Shown piece by piece: positions 1 through 13,047 of a DNA stretch of 63,907 nt (positions within the stretch are counted from its first letter, which is position 1; every line of letters starts with the position of its first letter). This DNA is from Octopus bimaculoides (lineage: Eukaryota). The position numbers were made by a program, and so were the translations under genes. Below the pieces are notes generated by a model. That model saw nothing but the letters and a program-made list of their open reading frames with translations, was not told the DNA's origin and did not search any database. The stretch lies in the NCBI RefSeq assembly GCF_001194135.2, contig NC_068986.1, positions 15,992,620-16,056,526 on the forward strand. The letters are read 5' to 3'.

Positions 1-1076
1 ATATATATATATATGAGGAAGTATATAAAAAATAAACAAAGGTTGAAAGCAAAGAATTAATGTTGTGGATGATTCAAAGAAATTTTCAAAATATGAACGT
101 CAATCATGGTGGCGGGAGGAGGTTGTAAGGAAATATAGAATGAATAAGAAAAATAAAGAAAGACGTAAAGATGAATTAAATTTAAAGGTAGGAATGCAAA
201 GGAGAAAATAATTAACAATAAAAAAATAAAAGTATTTTTTTAAAAAAAGTTGTATTTAAGCAACGAAGAACATGCATAAAAAAAAATACGAGAGGTTATA
301 TGTGAAAGAAAGGTAAAGCAATATGTGAGGAGAAAGAACGATGGAGAGAAAGAACAAGAAACATAGTGAAAGATATAGAGCGAGAGATGTGGGAGAGGAG
401 TTGGAGTAGTAAATAGCCATTAAGGATAGAGACGTTAAGTCAGAAACCATAATGTAATCGATTGATTGCTTACAGTTCATGAGTTCAAATGATATTCAGG
501 TGTTTGTTTACGGTTCCCGAGAGCAAGGAAGAAATGACGTCAATTATGCATAGCGCTACAACACCAGCATGTGACGTAATATGTTATGTGTATGGACGCA
601 TGCTAAGATTTGTTGATAAAAAAAACATATTTAGTTAGATATAGGTTAGAAGTATAACTCAGGTTTAAGAGCACATTCGGTTTGTAAATTGATATGTTAA
701 TACGAGAATATCTCTCACAGCAAGAAACGATTAGAAAATAAACGGATGATAACACACCAACGAAAGGAATGTCATTTGCTGTATAAAGTAACGTAACAGA
801 CTTTAAAAAAAATACTGTTATGATAATGTCTTTTTATCTCCAAATCCTGGATATTTTAGTGCGGTTAACCGGGCCCAAAGACTCTGAATGATCATAAACA
901 CAATACTATTCCTAAATTGGAAACCAATCCTTCGGAAGGTTGTTCATTGAGAGCGGAATCAAGTGGAACAGAGTGATATAAAGTGATTTCCTCAAGATCA
1001 CAACGTATCACTTGGCAAATGAAATCACGATTTTGCTTGCAACACCTCAATCGATAAACAGAATACCTTCACCATT

Positions 1077-1077
<1 letters not shown>

Positions 1078-1146
<69 letters not shown>

Positions 1147-1147
1147 G

Positions 1148-1182
<35 letters not shown>

Positions 1183-1212
1183 GATCTATCTATCTATCTA
1201 TCTATCTATCTA
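1078..1212. repeat. (ATCT)n microsatellite running into a gap
   Basis: Direct reading. Confidence 0.95.
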
Positions 1213-1796
1213 NNNNNNNNNNNNNNNNNNNNNNNNNNNNNNNNNNNNNNNNNNNNNNNNNNNNNNNNNNNNNNNNNNNNNNNNNNNNNNNNNNNNNNNN
1301 NNNNNNNNNNNNNNNNNNNNNNNNNNNNNNNNNNNNNNNNNNNNNNNNNNNNNNNNNNNNNNNNNNNNNNNNNNNNNNNNNNNNNNNNNNNNNNNNNNNN
1401 NNNNNNNNNNNNNNNNNNNNNNNNNNNNNNNNNNNNNNNNNNNNNNNNNNNNNNNNNNNNNNNNNNNNNNNNNNNNNNNNNNNNNNNNNNNNNNNNNNNN
1501 NNNNNNNNNNNNNNNNNNNNNNNNNNNNNNNNNNNNNNNNNNNNNNNNNNNNNNNNNNNNNNNNNNNNNNNNNNNNNNNNNNNNNNNNNNNNNNNNNNNN
1601 NNNNNNNNNNNNNNNNNNNNNNNNNNNNNNNNNNNNNNNNNNNNNNNNNNNNNNNNNNNNNNNNNNNNNNNNNNNNNNNNNNNNNNNNNNNNNNNNNNNN
1701 NNNNNNNNNNNNNNNNNNNNNNNNNNNNNNNNNNNNNNNNNNNNNNNNNNNNNNNNNNNNNNNNNNNNNNNNNNNNNNNNNNNNNNNNNNNNNNNN

Positions 1797-1910
1797 TGCA
1801 GGAAAAAAGAGTTTGACGCTCGGGAAAAATGGAAAAGTCTGTTACGTTTCGAACCTACGCTCTTCGACAGAAATGAATGAGAGAATATAGAGAAAGAATG
1901 AGAAAAAAAA
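1797..1910 (-). repeat. Copy of the hammerhead-like dispersed repeat (motif at 1839-1874)
   Basis: Minus strand reads ATTT-CTGTCGA-A-GAGC-GTAG-GTTC-GAAAC-GTA-ACAG, followed by TTTTCCCGAGCGTCAAACT shared with the 2533-2652 copy. Confidence 0.6.
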
Positions 1911-2532
1911 TGTGTTGTATTAAATATATGTGTGTGGTGTGTGTGTGGTGTGTGTGGGGTTGTGGGGGTGTGGGTGTGTGGGTGTGGGGGAGTATGTGTG
2001 TGTGTGTGCGTGCGTGTGTATGTGGTTGTCTGTGTGTGTTTCTTTTTCAAGAATGTCTAACTCCTTAGTCATTAAGAAGATTAGAGACACTAGAGTAATA
2101 AAATCAACTTTTCTTGCATGAGGGTTTTAATCTTAGCTTGGTTTGACAAGTAGTCGCTGCTCCTATCTACGCTGATGTCTATACTTCTGCCGTTGTGCTG
2201 TACGAAGCGAATGGGATACATAAAGATAAACTGGATTATTTCGATTACATTAACGTCCAATGAGCTGCATATAGTATGCATCATGCAATATATGACGTAT
2301 TCTAAGCACAAATCATTCGGCTTAGTATTAGTTAATCAAAGTAATCGAAATCCATACTCTCACTTACGTTCATAAGCATATATTATGTCATATAATGTGC
2401 AATATAATACATGTAATTAAGCTCGTTTCTATACATCTTGTACTAACCGTATGTATATAAGATGCTGCTCGAAAATCAGAAAACGCGTTTTTGGTTCTAC
2501 ATACATGTAGAGATGGACCGCTAAAATCTACA

Positions 2533-2652
2533 TTTTTTTTTTTTTTCGTTCTCTCTCAATTTATTTGCTCTTATTCCGTTTTGTTGAAGAATGTAAGCTC
2601 GAAAGGTAAACAACTTTTTCCTTTTCCCGAGCGTCAAACTAATACACCTGCC
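2533..2652 (+). repeat. Degenerate copy of the hammerhead-like dispersed repeat
   Basis: TTGTTGAAGAATGTAAGCTCGAAAGGTAAACA...TTTTCCCGAGCGTCAAACTAATACA aligns with the 1797-1910 and 3960-4075 copies. Confidence 0.6.
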
Positions 2653-3049
2653 TTCATCTTTTGTTTATAATAAATTTCAACTACAGGTGCAATACTTAGC
2701 CATTAGGTTAAACAATGTTTAAAGATCCAATGTTAAGGATCATTTACAGAAAATTTTAAAATATGAACGTCACTGAAGTCTAGATGAAAGTAGGTGCTAG
2801 AAAAACAGTAAACGGATATATAGTTAAGAATAAAAATACCAGCGATATACCTGCAGCACCCGTGGCGTTGTTTGACCAAAGATCTATTTTTCCTTTGGTA
2901 TAAATATTGAAGGAATTTCAACTCGCATAAAAATAAATAGAAAACCACTAATACAGGACGACAATCATCACCCATGGGAATCCCCTTAAATGTGAAGATA
3001 GAAATATAAAGAAATCAATATAACCAAATTTGTAGCCTTTGCTAATATG

Positions 3050-3243
3050 AGTTTCAAATTCTGCACAAGGCCAGCAATTTCCAGTAAGGTGGGGATTACA
3101 TCTATCAATTGGTACTTATTTCATTGACTCCATATTATGAAACGCAAATTTGACCTCGACGGAAATTGAACTCAGAACTTAAGGACAGATGAAATGTCGC
3201 TAAAAATTTTGGTCGGCGTGCTAACCATTCTGCCAGCTTTCCA
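3050..3243 (-). mobile_element. SINE family A, diverged
   Basis: TTTGACCTCGACGGAAATTGAACTCAGAAC...GGCGTGCTAACCATTCTGCCAGCT. Confidence 0.75.
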
Positions 3244-3897
3244 TCTAAATCAGTGTTAATATTAAATGTTTGTTAAAGCGGCGAGCTTTAGCATAATCTT
3301 ATATTATATTCTTATAATAACATAATGTAATACAATATAAGTAATAAATATTAAATATAATTCACGTACAAATGTGTCAATGCTTGGCCACAATAAAATT
3401 ATAACGATTCATTGTAAACAAACAGACTCAAATTCAGACTTATTGGATATGTGATTCCTAAAATATATAAGAAGAGATTCTTTGCCTACAAACAATGAAC
3501 TTTTATAATTCTATTATGGCCAAGAATTGAAACGTTTATATTAAATATTTATATTAAATATTTATTATTTATTATATTGTATCATATTGTTATAACAATA
3601 TAATATAAAATACTATTATGCTTTTAGATTTAAAATTTTAATTATTGAATTGCCAATTGTTATATATATATATATATATATATATNNNNNNNNNNNNNNN
3701 NNNNNNNNNNNNNNNNNNNNNNNNNNNNNNNNNNNNNNNNNNNNNNNNNNNNNNNNNNNNNNNNNNNNNNNNNNNNNNNNNNNNNNNNNNNNNNNNNNNN
3801 NNNNNNNNNNNNNNNNNNNNNNNNNNNNNNNNNNNNNNNNNNNNNNNNNNNNNNNNNNNNNNNNNNNNNNNNNNNNNNNNNNNNNNNNNNNNNNNNN

Positions 3898-3930
<33 letters not shown>

Positions 3931-4010
3931 TACGGATATATATAAAAGACGAAGACGGGGGTGTAAACAACAAAGAGATGTATTAGTTTAATGCTCCGAA
4001 TTGAGAAATT

Positions 4011-4046
4011 CTTTTACGTTTCGAGCTTATGCTCTTCGACAGAAAG
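4011..4046 (-). ncRNA. Minimal hammerhead-like motif, variant core CUGUCGA
   Basis: Minus strand reads CTTT-CTGTCGA-A-GAGC-ATAA-GCTC-GAAAC-GT-A-AAAG: stem I CTTT/AAAG, stem II GAGC/GCTC, AC/GT stem III and cleavage-site A. Confidence 0.5.
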
Positions 4047-4296
4047 GAACACAGAAATAAACAAGGAGAGAAAATAGAAAAAGCTTTTGTGGCTAGCGAT
4101 CTATCATATACATAGGATGGGCTTCCGCACTGATTCCGTGTACCAAATTCACTCCCAAGGCATTGATCGGCTTGGGCTAAAGTTGAAGGCATTTTTCCAA
4201 GGTGCTACACAGTGAGACTGATCCCTGAACCATGCGATTGAAAACCGAGCTCCCTCGCTAAGATTTCTGCTGCTTTTACATTTAAGTTTTATGAGT

Positions 4297-4380
4297 ATTT
4301 CCTTCGTCTTTCATTTCTGAGTTCAAATTTCGCCGAGGTCGATGTGCGTCCCATCTTTCGGGATTGATAAATTAAGTACC
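4297..4380 (+). mobile_element. SINE family A, partial
   Basis: TTCTGAGTTCAAATTTCGCCGAGGTCGA...TTTCGGGATTGATAAATTAAGTACC. Confidence 0.75.
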
Positions 4381-4412
4381 ACTTGAGCATTGATGTTATT
4401 TTCGAAGCCCAA

Positions 4413-4604
4413 GATCCGAAACTTTTAGGGGTGGGGGCCAGTCGATTAGATCGACCCAAGTACCTACGTGGCACTTAATTTATCGACCCCGAAAATATGA
4501 AAGGCGAAGTCGACCTCGGCGGAATTTGAACTCAGAATGTAAATAGAGATGAAATATCGCAAAGCATTTCGTCCGACGTGCTAACGTTTCTGCCAGCTGG
4601 CCGT
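4413..4604 (-). mobile_element. SINE family A, near full length
   Basis: Plus strand has GTCGACCTCGGCGGAATTTGAACTCAGAATGT...GCATTTCGTCCGACGTGCTAACGTTTCTGCCAGCT, the reverse complement of the family A head and body. Confidence 0.85.
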
Positions 4605-6054
4605 CTGTTGTGCAGTGATGCAACTGACTAGGCGCCTTCCACAAAACTCCAAGCGTTGTGTCTATATTAGAAAGGATATAACGAGCTAAGGGTGTTGTGA
4701 AGTTAGTTTTATATTACGATACTGTGAAATGATTCTGGCTATTATTGCAGCTGTTTTTACGTGTCGAGGTCAAATGCACTATAAATTCCCGTTGAATGAT
4801 ATGAGACAGGTCGTTGAATGCAGTACGCTTCATGTTTGATTAATGACCACAGTGACAAGGATGGTGATGCTCTCATTAAGAGTTAAAATTTTAATGGTGA
4901 CGGAGCATTGGATGTTGTCGTTGGTGTTTGTTTAGCTAGTAGTGTATGTCCTGATAAGTAGTGATGGTTGATTCCAAGCTGTCTGCTTCGCTGACGAGCT
5001 TTTAGTTGTTTAACCAAATGAATCTTTACACGAGCAGTTAGCTTAGAAGCGGTGACAATTATAGTCTTGCATGCATCTAGTTAAACATTCTGCAACATTT
5101 CGGCAGTGACGCGTCTGTCGTCATTAACTTAAATAGTCTTCACGACTCCGTGTGACTGGAAAGTAAATGATACGGATGTACAAATATATATGCACATTTG
5201 AATGATATGTATACATGCTGTTTTCTTCGTTGGTGTTCTTGTTGATTTCAACCATGATCGTGTCAGTGAAAATCCAAACAACCTAACGTATACATTTTCT
5301 AAAAAATTTAGTCTGAGTAATGCATCGTTGATAAGTAAACGGTGTTTCTCTAATTTGTAATCGGCGAAGTAAAGCACTTACTACTTTACGCCGGAGGAGT
5401 CGACATAAATGTAGAACAAGAAATTTCAACAAGAAATTTTAAACGGTCCTCTACGCTTGCATGTCTGATGTTGACAGCGCCATCTTTATGTATGTATGTA
5501 TGTATGTATGTATGTATGTATGTCATTATAAAGTTTCATTTCAAAATTTCTTGTCAGAAGAGAAAGAGACGGTTTCTAACCTAGATTCAAGACGCCATTG
5601 GAATTGCAACATCAACAACAGGGTATTTTTGTTTGTATATATATATNNNNNNNNNNNNNNNNNNNNNNNNNNNNNNNNNNNNNNNNNNNNNNNNNNNNNN
5701 NNNNNNNNNNNNNNNNNNNNNNNNNNNNNNNNNNNNNNNNNNNNNNNNNNNNNNNNNNNNNNNNNNNNNNNNNNNNNNNNNNNNNNNNNNNNNNNNNNNN
5801 NNNNNNNNNNNNNNNNNNNNNNNNNNNNNNNNNNNNNNNNNNNNNNNNNNNNNNNNNNNNNNNNNNNNNNNNNNNNNNNNNNNNNNNNNNNNNNNNNNNN
5901 NNNNNNNNNNNNNNNNNNNNNNNNNNNNNNNNNNNNNNNNNNNNNNNNNNNNNNNNNNNNNNNNNNNNNNNNNNNNNNNNNNNNNNNNNNNNNNNNNNNN
6001 NNNNNNNNNNNNNNNNNNNNNNNNNNNNNNNATGTATGTATATGTGTATGTTTG

Positions 6055-6098
<44 letters not shown>

Positions 6099-6106
6099 TA
6101 TATATA

Positions 6107-6152
<46 letters not shown>

Positions 6153-6199
6153 TGTGTGTGTATGTATGTATGTATTATGTATGTATGTATGTATACATA

Positions 6200-6315
6200 A
6201 ACCGCAGGTATGGCTCCGTGATAAGAAGATTGTTTTGGAACCCTATGATTTCTAGTTCAATCCCACTGCACTTCACCTAGGGCATGCATCATTTATCATA
6301 GACCGGTGCCGACAA
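6200..6315 (+). mobile_element. SINE family B head, diverged
   Basis: GCAGGTATGGCTCCGTGATAAG...GTTCAATCCCACTGCA..CACCTAGGGCA. Confidence 0.55.
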
Positions 6316-6474
6316 ATACATCGTGAGTATATTTTGCCGATTGAAACTCCATATAAGTGTTGCATAAACATACATTCTGTGTCAAGTATCATAAAGAAAC
6401 TATTTTCCCGAATTTTTGACTGAAAGTTAAGAATTTTGAAGAGAGGTGTTTGTTGATTACATAGACACAAGTAA

Positions 6475-6610
6475 TAAATTAATACTTACTTTGTCGGCCG
6501 ACGGGATTAAAAGCAAAATCATCCTCGGTGGCAGTTGATCTGACAGATTTAAACCCAGAAGAGATTCCGCTGACCATTTCGTCAGGCATCTTAGCGAATC
6601 TGCAAGCTGA
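6475..6610 (-). mobile_element. SINE family A, highly diverged
   Basis: Minus strand GCAGATTCGCTAAGATGCCTGACGAAATG...CCACCGAGGATGATTTTGCTTTTAATCCC aligns loosely with the family A body. Confidence 0.5.
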
Positions 6611-7079
6611 CAATTCTGCTGAGGATGACACCCAATGTGACAGAAGTACATATTTTGCATTTTCACCTCTACTGCCATCCACTTTTCTTCTGATACTGAT
6701 GCATTACCATCCTTTTTAACACTGTACGACAATATGAGATTCGCCCGCGAGAAGAATACCACAGATTCCATGCCTTCTACAGAAAATCAGCGTTAACAAT
6801 GATATACAGGTTGCTTTAATAAAACTAAGCCATATGCAAATCAATCGACTGTATTTAAACGCTGAACACTGCCAAGAATTTGAGAATTTGATCCCTCTAA
6901 AAGGCTATTGATCCCTATCCATAATGCAGATTATTGTATTTATGAATGCAATAAAATATATTAAATGAATCAGCTACTAAAGACACAAAAAGCCGTTAAG
7001 TTACTCGGTTATTAAGGTGCAGTAAATACTGTCGCTTGGCCTGGAACTTATAGATTCGGTCACACGGATTCTATGGTAT

Positions 7080-7258
7080 ATGAGTGACCGAGATCACAAC
7101 ATCGTTCTTGGACGGGATGCCAGTCGTTATCAGGTTTACTCATATACTGCTGAAGCAACATGGAATAAAGTATTTTGCTTAAGAACACAACGTTATCCTG
7201 GTCTGGGAATCGAAACCACGATTAAGGTCGCGAACACAACACTCAAACCGTTAAGTCA
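7080..7258 (-). mobile_element. Diverged tRNA-derived SINE, separate family
   Basis: Plus strand AATAAAGTATTTTGCTTAAGAACACAAC...GGGAATCGAAACCACGA...AACACTCAAACCGTTAAGTCA gives a B-box-like GTTTCGATTCCC on the minus strand. Confidence 0.55.
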
Positions 7259-8424
7259 AAGTCCAGTTTCTTGGCGTAACTCATTAGAATTTCACTGAAA
7301 ATAATAATTTTAGCATAGCACCGTACCAAAAATATTTCAGTTTTAAAGACATTATTCAATAGTCTGAGGGCTGTTTAGTCGCAATTTATAGCAGGTCGCA
7401 TAATCGCTCGTTGTATGTGCTTTAGTGTATTGTAATGACGCATTGTTAGCGTTGAATGGCTGACACTTGTAAGTCTGTACCTCTTCCAAAAGCATCTTTG
7501 CATTAGAAATAATTCATTATTTACCAGAAATTTATTCCGTATGTTAAACCCTTGTGATTATTCTCGATAGTATTTCTAATTTCTGCGCTCTTGCAATACT
7601 TTATTAATGCTAGCTTATGATTCGATATTGTTTCATTAATATTTTTGATTACGTGTTCATTATGTTGAAGTCAATTATTTCGATCATGTAATGTAATTTC
7701 CGTTGAATGCGATTTTTATTGGCTATTATGCATCTACGTATATATATACGTGTATGTACGTGTGCGTATGCTCCCCTGTGTGTATCGCTGTATGCATTAG
7801 TTTCTCTAATTTCTAGTTTCCTATACGAAACTATTTGTATATCTATTATTAACTAAATTTCTTTCATTACATTAAGTGTTTCATACATGAAAGATAATCA
7901 GATAGCTTTCTAAACGCTAGTCAATAATATACAAATAAGTTACTATACCACACCAAAATAAATTCAACGCAATAAACACAATATTTACCACGTCAAGAAT
8001 CAACAAACAATATCATACAACATAAATCAAAGCTAACTGAGAAAGCAAATTAATTGACATCAGACGTATCTTACAGAGAATACAGCAAAAATGGAATAGG
8101 ATATTAATCATAGAAAATATATTAATCTCTAAATATAAAATACATTACAAAACCTGACGTAACAAAGAAAGACCAGTCATAACATTTGAAAATATTTGCT
8201 GACTATTGAGGTATATGTAATGTTAATGGTCAACAATTTAGAATACAACGATAACTAAACCTTCATGAAAGCATCGTCATTCTTGGTTAAAACGACGCGG
8301 CTGAAAGCTACCTCTAAATAACCATGAAATGCAGAATAAATCTCTGCATCATCAAACATCTTTCAACAAATCTGTCCCAGTATAAGCGCAAAGCCTTAAA
8401 CGTTTTCGAGGGCAGGACGCTAAT

Positions 8425-8545
8425 CGACTGCATTGTTTTTAATGCTCAACTGTTAGTTATTTTGTCGGCACCAAAGCGATGAAATGTAAATTCGACTTCG
8501 ATGGAGTTTCAACTCAGAACATAAAGCCGAAGCGTTTTGCGATTT
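8425..8545 (-). mobile_element. SINE family A, diverged fragment
   Basis: GATGAAATGTAAATTCGACTTCGATGGAGTTTCAACTCAGAACATAAAG on the plus strand. Confidence 0.55.
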
Positions 8546-8789
8546 TGACAACTTGAATAAACGAATGTTTGTCTACAAAGCTGTTACCTGAGAAGAAAAC
8601 CGTTGCGCAGTTGAAGATATTCTTAAAAGTAATCCTTTGATATAAATCACTGAGTTTCACCTGTTACCCTCATACGACTCACCACCTGTCGAATGTGACT
8701 TGGTTTTGTTGCAAATTGTCCTAGAGACCTATGCAAAATTACATTAAAATAATTCCATTTGCATATATGATCAAATGAACCATAATGCA

Positions 8790-9158
8790 ATCTTGGCTCT
8801 CGGTCGGTTGCGACGACGAGGCTTCCAGTTGATCCGATCAACGGAACAGCCAGCTCGTGCAAGTGGCTGAGCACTCCACATATATATGTACCCTTAAAGT
8901 AGTTCTCGGGGAGATTCACCGTAAACAGAGTGTGACACGGTTAGCCCATTGAAATACAGGTACAACAGAAACAAGAAGAAAGAGAGAGAAAGTTGTGGTG
9001 AAAGTATACGGCAGGGTACGCCACCATCCACTGCCGGAGCCTCATGGAGCTTTAGGTGTTTTCGCTCAATAAACACTTACAATGACCTTTGTGGGAATCG
9101 AAACTGCGATCCTACGACCTCCAGTACGCTGCCCTAACCACTGGGCCATTGCGCCTCC
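8790..9158 (-). mobile_element. tRNA-derived SINE, separate family
   Basis: Minus-strand head GGAGGCGCAATGGCCCAGTGGTTAGGGCAGCG...GCAGTTTCGATTCCC has a clear A box (TGGCCCAGTGG) and B box (GTTTCGATTCC). It is followed by about 300 nt of GC-richer body. Confidence 0.75.
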
Positions 9159-9364
9159 ACCATAATGTAATATATGTACAATCAATCACTAATAGCTTTA
9201 TCGAAATATTTTCTGTAGCGCTTTACCTATAGAATAGAGTACGCCGAACACAGAATATAGTAAATCATAACCAAACGATCTTTAGAAGGTTTACACACAT
9301 TTCGATTAAATTTCTTGTACATTATTTACCCCAAGATTCCGACTTCGATTCCAGGCAATAACCC

Positions 9365-9521
<157 letters not shown>

Positions 9522-9568
9522 ATCGTAAAATACCTTAGGAATGAGAACCCAGGTTCGAAATTGCCCCA

Positions 9569-9615
9569 GAGACCTGATGAAGGCTGGAGGATATATCAGC
9601 CGAAACGCTGCGTTA
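9569..9615 (+). ncRNA. Minimal type I hammerhead ribozyme motif (intact core, degenerate stems I/III)
   Basis: CTGATGA (9574-9580), A, stem II GGCTG (9582-86)/CAGCC (9597-9601), then GAAAC (9602-06). Stem I (GAGAC vs GCGTT) pairs poorly in this copy. Confidence 0.55.
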
Positions 9616-10039
9616 ACAATAAACAAGATGAGGACAAATATCCTTAAAATGTAAATGATGTAAATAATGTACATAATTCCTCATCTCTTAAATATAGAAT
9701 TGAAATTTTTTGTATGCCTCAATCTGAAGCAATTAACTGTTAGAAATATACCAAAATATATAAATTGCAAATATATAAAATTCATTGAAATTTCAAATCA
9801 TTACGTGTTTCAGTTGATTTCCAAAGTTGAATTAGTTTCTCTGTAGTTTTCTTAACATCATGTACAGATCAGTTAGTGCATTCACACGCTGTTTGAGCGC
9901 CGTACAATCCATTTTGTTGAGCATCGAAGTGATGTTGGCGGTGTGTAAATCAGCGTGTGTAGTTTAACATGGCGTTAGCTAAACCTTTTTGCTAGCTAAA
10001 TTATTTGCTAAGTTCTTTTTCTATTAAGGTACAGTTGTA

Positions 10040-10240
10040 GGTGGCGATTTAGCGGAATCATTATCACGCCGGGCAAAATGCTTAGCGGCATTTCGTCCGT
10101 CCTTACGTTCTCGGTTCAAATTCCACCGACATTGACACTCCTTTTCGGGGTCGATAAAATAAATACCAGCAAAGTATCGATGTTAGTGACTCACCTGTCT
10201 CCCGAAACTGCCGGCCTTGTACCATAATTTGAAGCCAATA
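10040..10240 (+). mobile_element. SINE family A
   Basis: ACGCCGGGCAAAATGCTTAGCGGCATTTCGTCCGTCCTTACGTTCTCGGTTCAAATTCC...TTTTCGGGGTCGATAAAAT. Confidence 0.8.
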
Positions 10241-10774
10241 CTTGAGTACAACGGAAATAAAAGTAAAATTTTTCCCGTTAAATAAAGTACGGCGTAGGTA
10301 GTCAATACAGGGATAACTTAGATTACCCACTTCGTGTCTATAACGGATTGCACTTGCATTGGGTTTAACATGTACTAGAGTTGGTTACATTCGTTAATAT
10401 TTAAGTATGCATTCTTTAAAGATTATGCCGCTTGAAATGTAAAACTAATTAAATATAGGAGTCTAAATATAGTAACAAATAATATTATGAATAGTGATTT
10501 TATCCGATTGTATATCTGAAATAATTTGTTCTCATTATGTTAAACTAATTTCTAAATTACGTAAGATAAGTCTTATACGGATATACGTGAGGTTTACATT
10601 CGAGTTAAAGCGAGCTTTAGTGAGTTTTATATCTTTCACAGACTTGGGACAAACATTTGCAGTGTCTTTGAACGTTGGAATTTGGCAATTATCTAATCAC
10701 GTGGAGGTACCTATATCACCGATACACAAAGCCGAATGGAATTTCATGCCTATTGATGTGAATTATAGCTATTT

Positions 10775-11317
10775 GGTCAGCTAAAAGCAGTTTTCTCAGA
10801 AACTTGGTAGACACGCGTCTCATACTCAAATCTTCGATGATAATGGACTGAACTGAACCATAACTAATCTGCACATCCTCTGACAACTCACGGATGGTGA
10901 TTCGAAGATTTCTCTTTACAAACGGAGGCACATCTGCGAAATTTGTTCTCAGTTCAGCTGGTTGCGGGTCTCCTAGAACGTTTGTCAATATCGACCTATG
11001 TTCGGCCATTTTGGAAACGTGTGAACCATACGTACACATGCGTGCGGCTCATACACCCCTTTCCATACACTTTCTACAACTTTGCGTAGGCTTCTGAGCA
11101 GGTATCGCCATGACAACTTACTCTGTCATGGTCAATGCGATGATCACACGCTATAGTCCTTCCTTTCAAGCACTGCTGTAAACAGCAGAAGTGAGCTAAA
11201 ACATTGATACTTAGTGCGCATGCGCTTAATGTCAATCTGTGCCAAGCAGCTTTACTCTCCGTGCTTTAGCTTCGTTGCTATGACAACAGTCCTGATACTT
11301 ATTCATCAAACCTCGTA
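10775..11317 (-). mobile_element. Mariner element 5' part (TIR plus N-terminal HTH region), truncated
   Basis: Minus strand starts TA-CGAGGTTTGATGAATAAGT (11317 downward). It translates as DTCSEAYAKL*KVYGKGCMSRTHVYVWFTRFQNGR..DIDKRSRRPATS, then VKRNLRITIRELSEDVQISYGSVQSIIIEDLSMRRVSTKFLRKLL (part of track ORF 10716-11039). Confidence 0.85.
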
Positions 11318-12204
11318 CATGTATATATGTATATATACATATATAAAATTATATATAATATATATAAATATATCATTATACATATATATATATCTTATAT
11401 AAATACGCAAACATATACATATGCACTTAATTGCCTTACGTTCATAATTGTCATAAATCGACTTCATTATCATCATTAGTATCTCCATCAACGTCTCCAT
11501 TACGTGCGTTCTTCTGATCTTCATCGCCATTGTAATTTATTTGTTTCCTAAATCTTCTCATTTTCTGTTACTTCACGTGGCTGCTTCTCGTTTCTTTACA
11601 TACGTCTTAAGCCGTATCTTTTATCCTCACCATCACTCTCTCCACCTTCAGCAATTCTTTGAACATTTCTTCTTCTCATTTTTCGCTCCACTCTCTCCTG
11701 CTATATCTTCCGCATATATGATTTTTCTCCTTGTCAAATATCGAAGACTAAATCATATCTGATTTCACACATTTCTCATTCGCCTTTCTTTTCTCTTTTC
11801 GTCATTTTGGTTTGCTTGATTTTTTTTTTAAAAATTTCTTCCTTTTGTCTTTTATGTTCTTGGATTTTTGCTCGTCTTTCTTACCTTTATTATCTGTTAT
11901 GTTGGGACATTTATTACTGTTAGCACTATTTCCCTATTTCGATTCTCCNNNNNNNNNNNNNNNNNNNNNNNNNNNNNNNNNNNNNNNNNNNNNNNNNNNN
12001 NNNNNNNNNNNNNNNNNNNNNNNNNNNNNNNNNNNNNNNNNNNNNNNNNNNNNNNNNNNNNNNNNNNNNNNNNNNNNNNNNNNNNNNNNNNNNNNNNNNN
12101 NNNNNNNNNTATCATTATCACTATTATAATCATTAATATCATCAGCATTTTTCTTCTTTTTATCATTATTATTATTATCATTATTAACATTATTATTATT
12201 TACC

Positions 12205-12252
12205 GTCATCACCACCACCACCACCACAACCACCACAACCACTACCACCACC

Positions 12253-12326
<74 letters not shown>

Positions 12327-12355
12327 TATCATCATCGTCATCATCGTCATCATCA
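12205..12355. repeat. Compound (CAC)n(CAT)n(CGT)n microsatellite
   Basis: Direct reading. Confidence 0.95.
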
Positions 12356-12999
12356 ATAGCGATATAAACTTAAATGCACTAGGATGACATTCGATTTTCT
12401 GATTTCATTTACATGAATATTGTGAGTATTAGAAACAAGAACAACAGCAACAACAACAACAATAAGTGCAACACCTCTAACAGCAGCAGCAGCATAGATG
12501 GCACTACCATCGTTGCATTTCCTAATTACCATTATCTACTCATGCTATTGTCTAAAATTGCCTGAAGCTTCTTCTAAAAGATACCGCAATGACCACGCCT
12601 TAAAACTCGTTTTGTAGATGTTGTTTGTATGAATTCCCTCTCCCTATTCAAAATATTTATTGTTAAGAAGGGTAAAAGGAAAAAAAAATGAAGGAAAAAA
12701 AATTATCATATTTCCATCAAAACGTATATTTACCAATATCTAGCAGAAATACATGTCAACTTATTCTGCTAAAACTAATTCTAAAGTATTAGTACAAAAA
12801 AAAAAAAAAGGAAAAAAGAAAAAAAGTACGAAACACAGCATGTTAAAAAGAAGTATGAAATATGAAAGATGACATTAGCAACACTTCCGGGGAGATAAAT
12901 CCTTGTATTATAAAGCTATAATTATAATCCACTTGACACACATAATGCGAGTGTTGAAAAGAAGCTACATATATGAATATATATATATATTCTCCGATT

Positions 13000-13047
<48 letters not shown>

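Noticed and set aside
535-580. TGACGTCA (535-542) and a nearby TGACGTAA as CRE sites
   Set aside because: Short motifs are expected by chance in 64 kb, and there is no associated promoter or gene evidence.
6457-6771. ORFs 6457-6771 and 6479-6682 as protein fragments
   Set aside because: The nucleotide sequence is better explained as a diverged family A SINE, and no protein motif was recognised.
9080-9158. tRNA gene on the minus strand
   Set aside because: A and B boxes are present, but I could not build a full cloverleaf, and the sequence continues into a repeat body. It is a SINE head.
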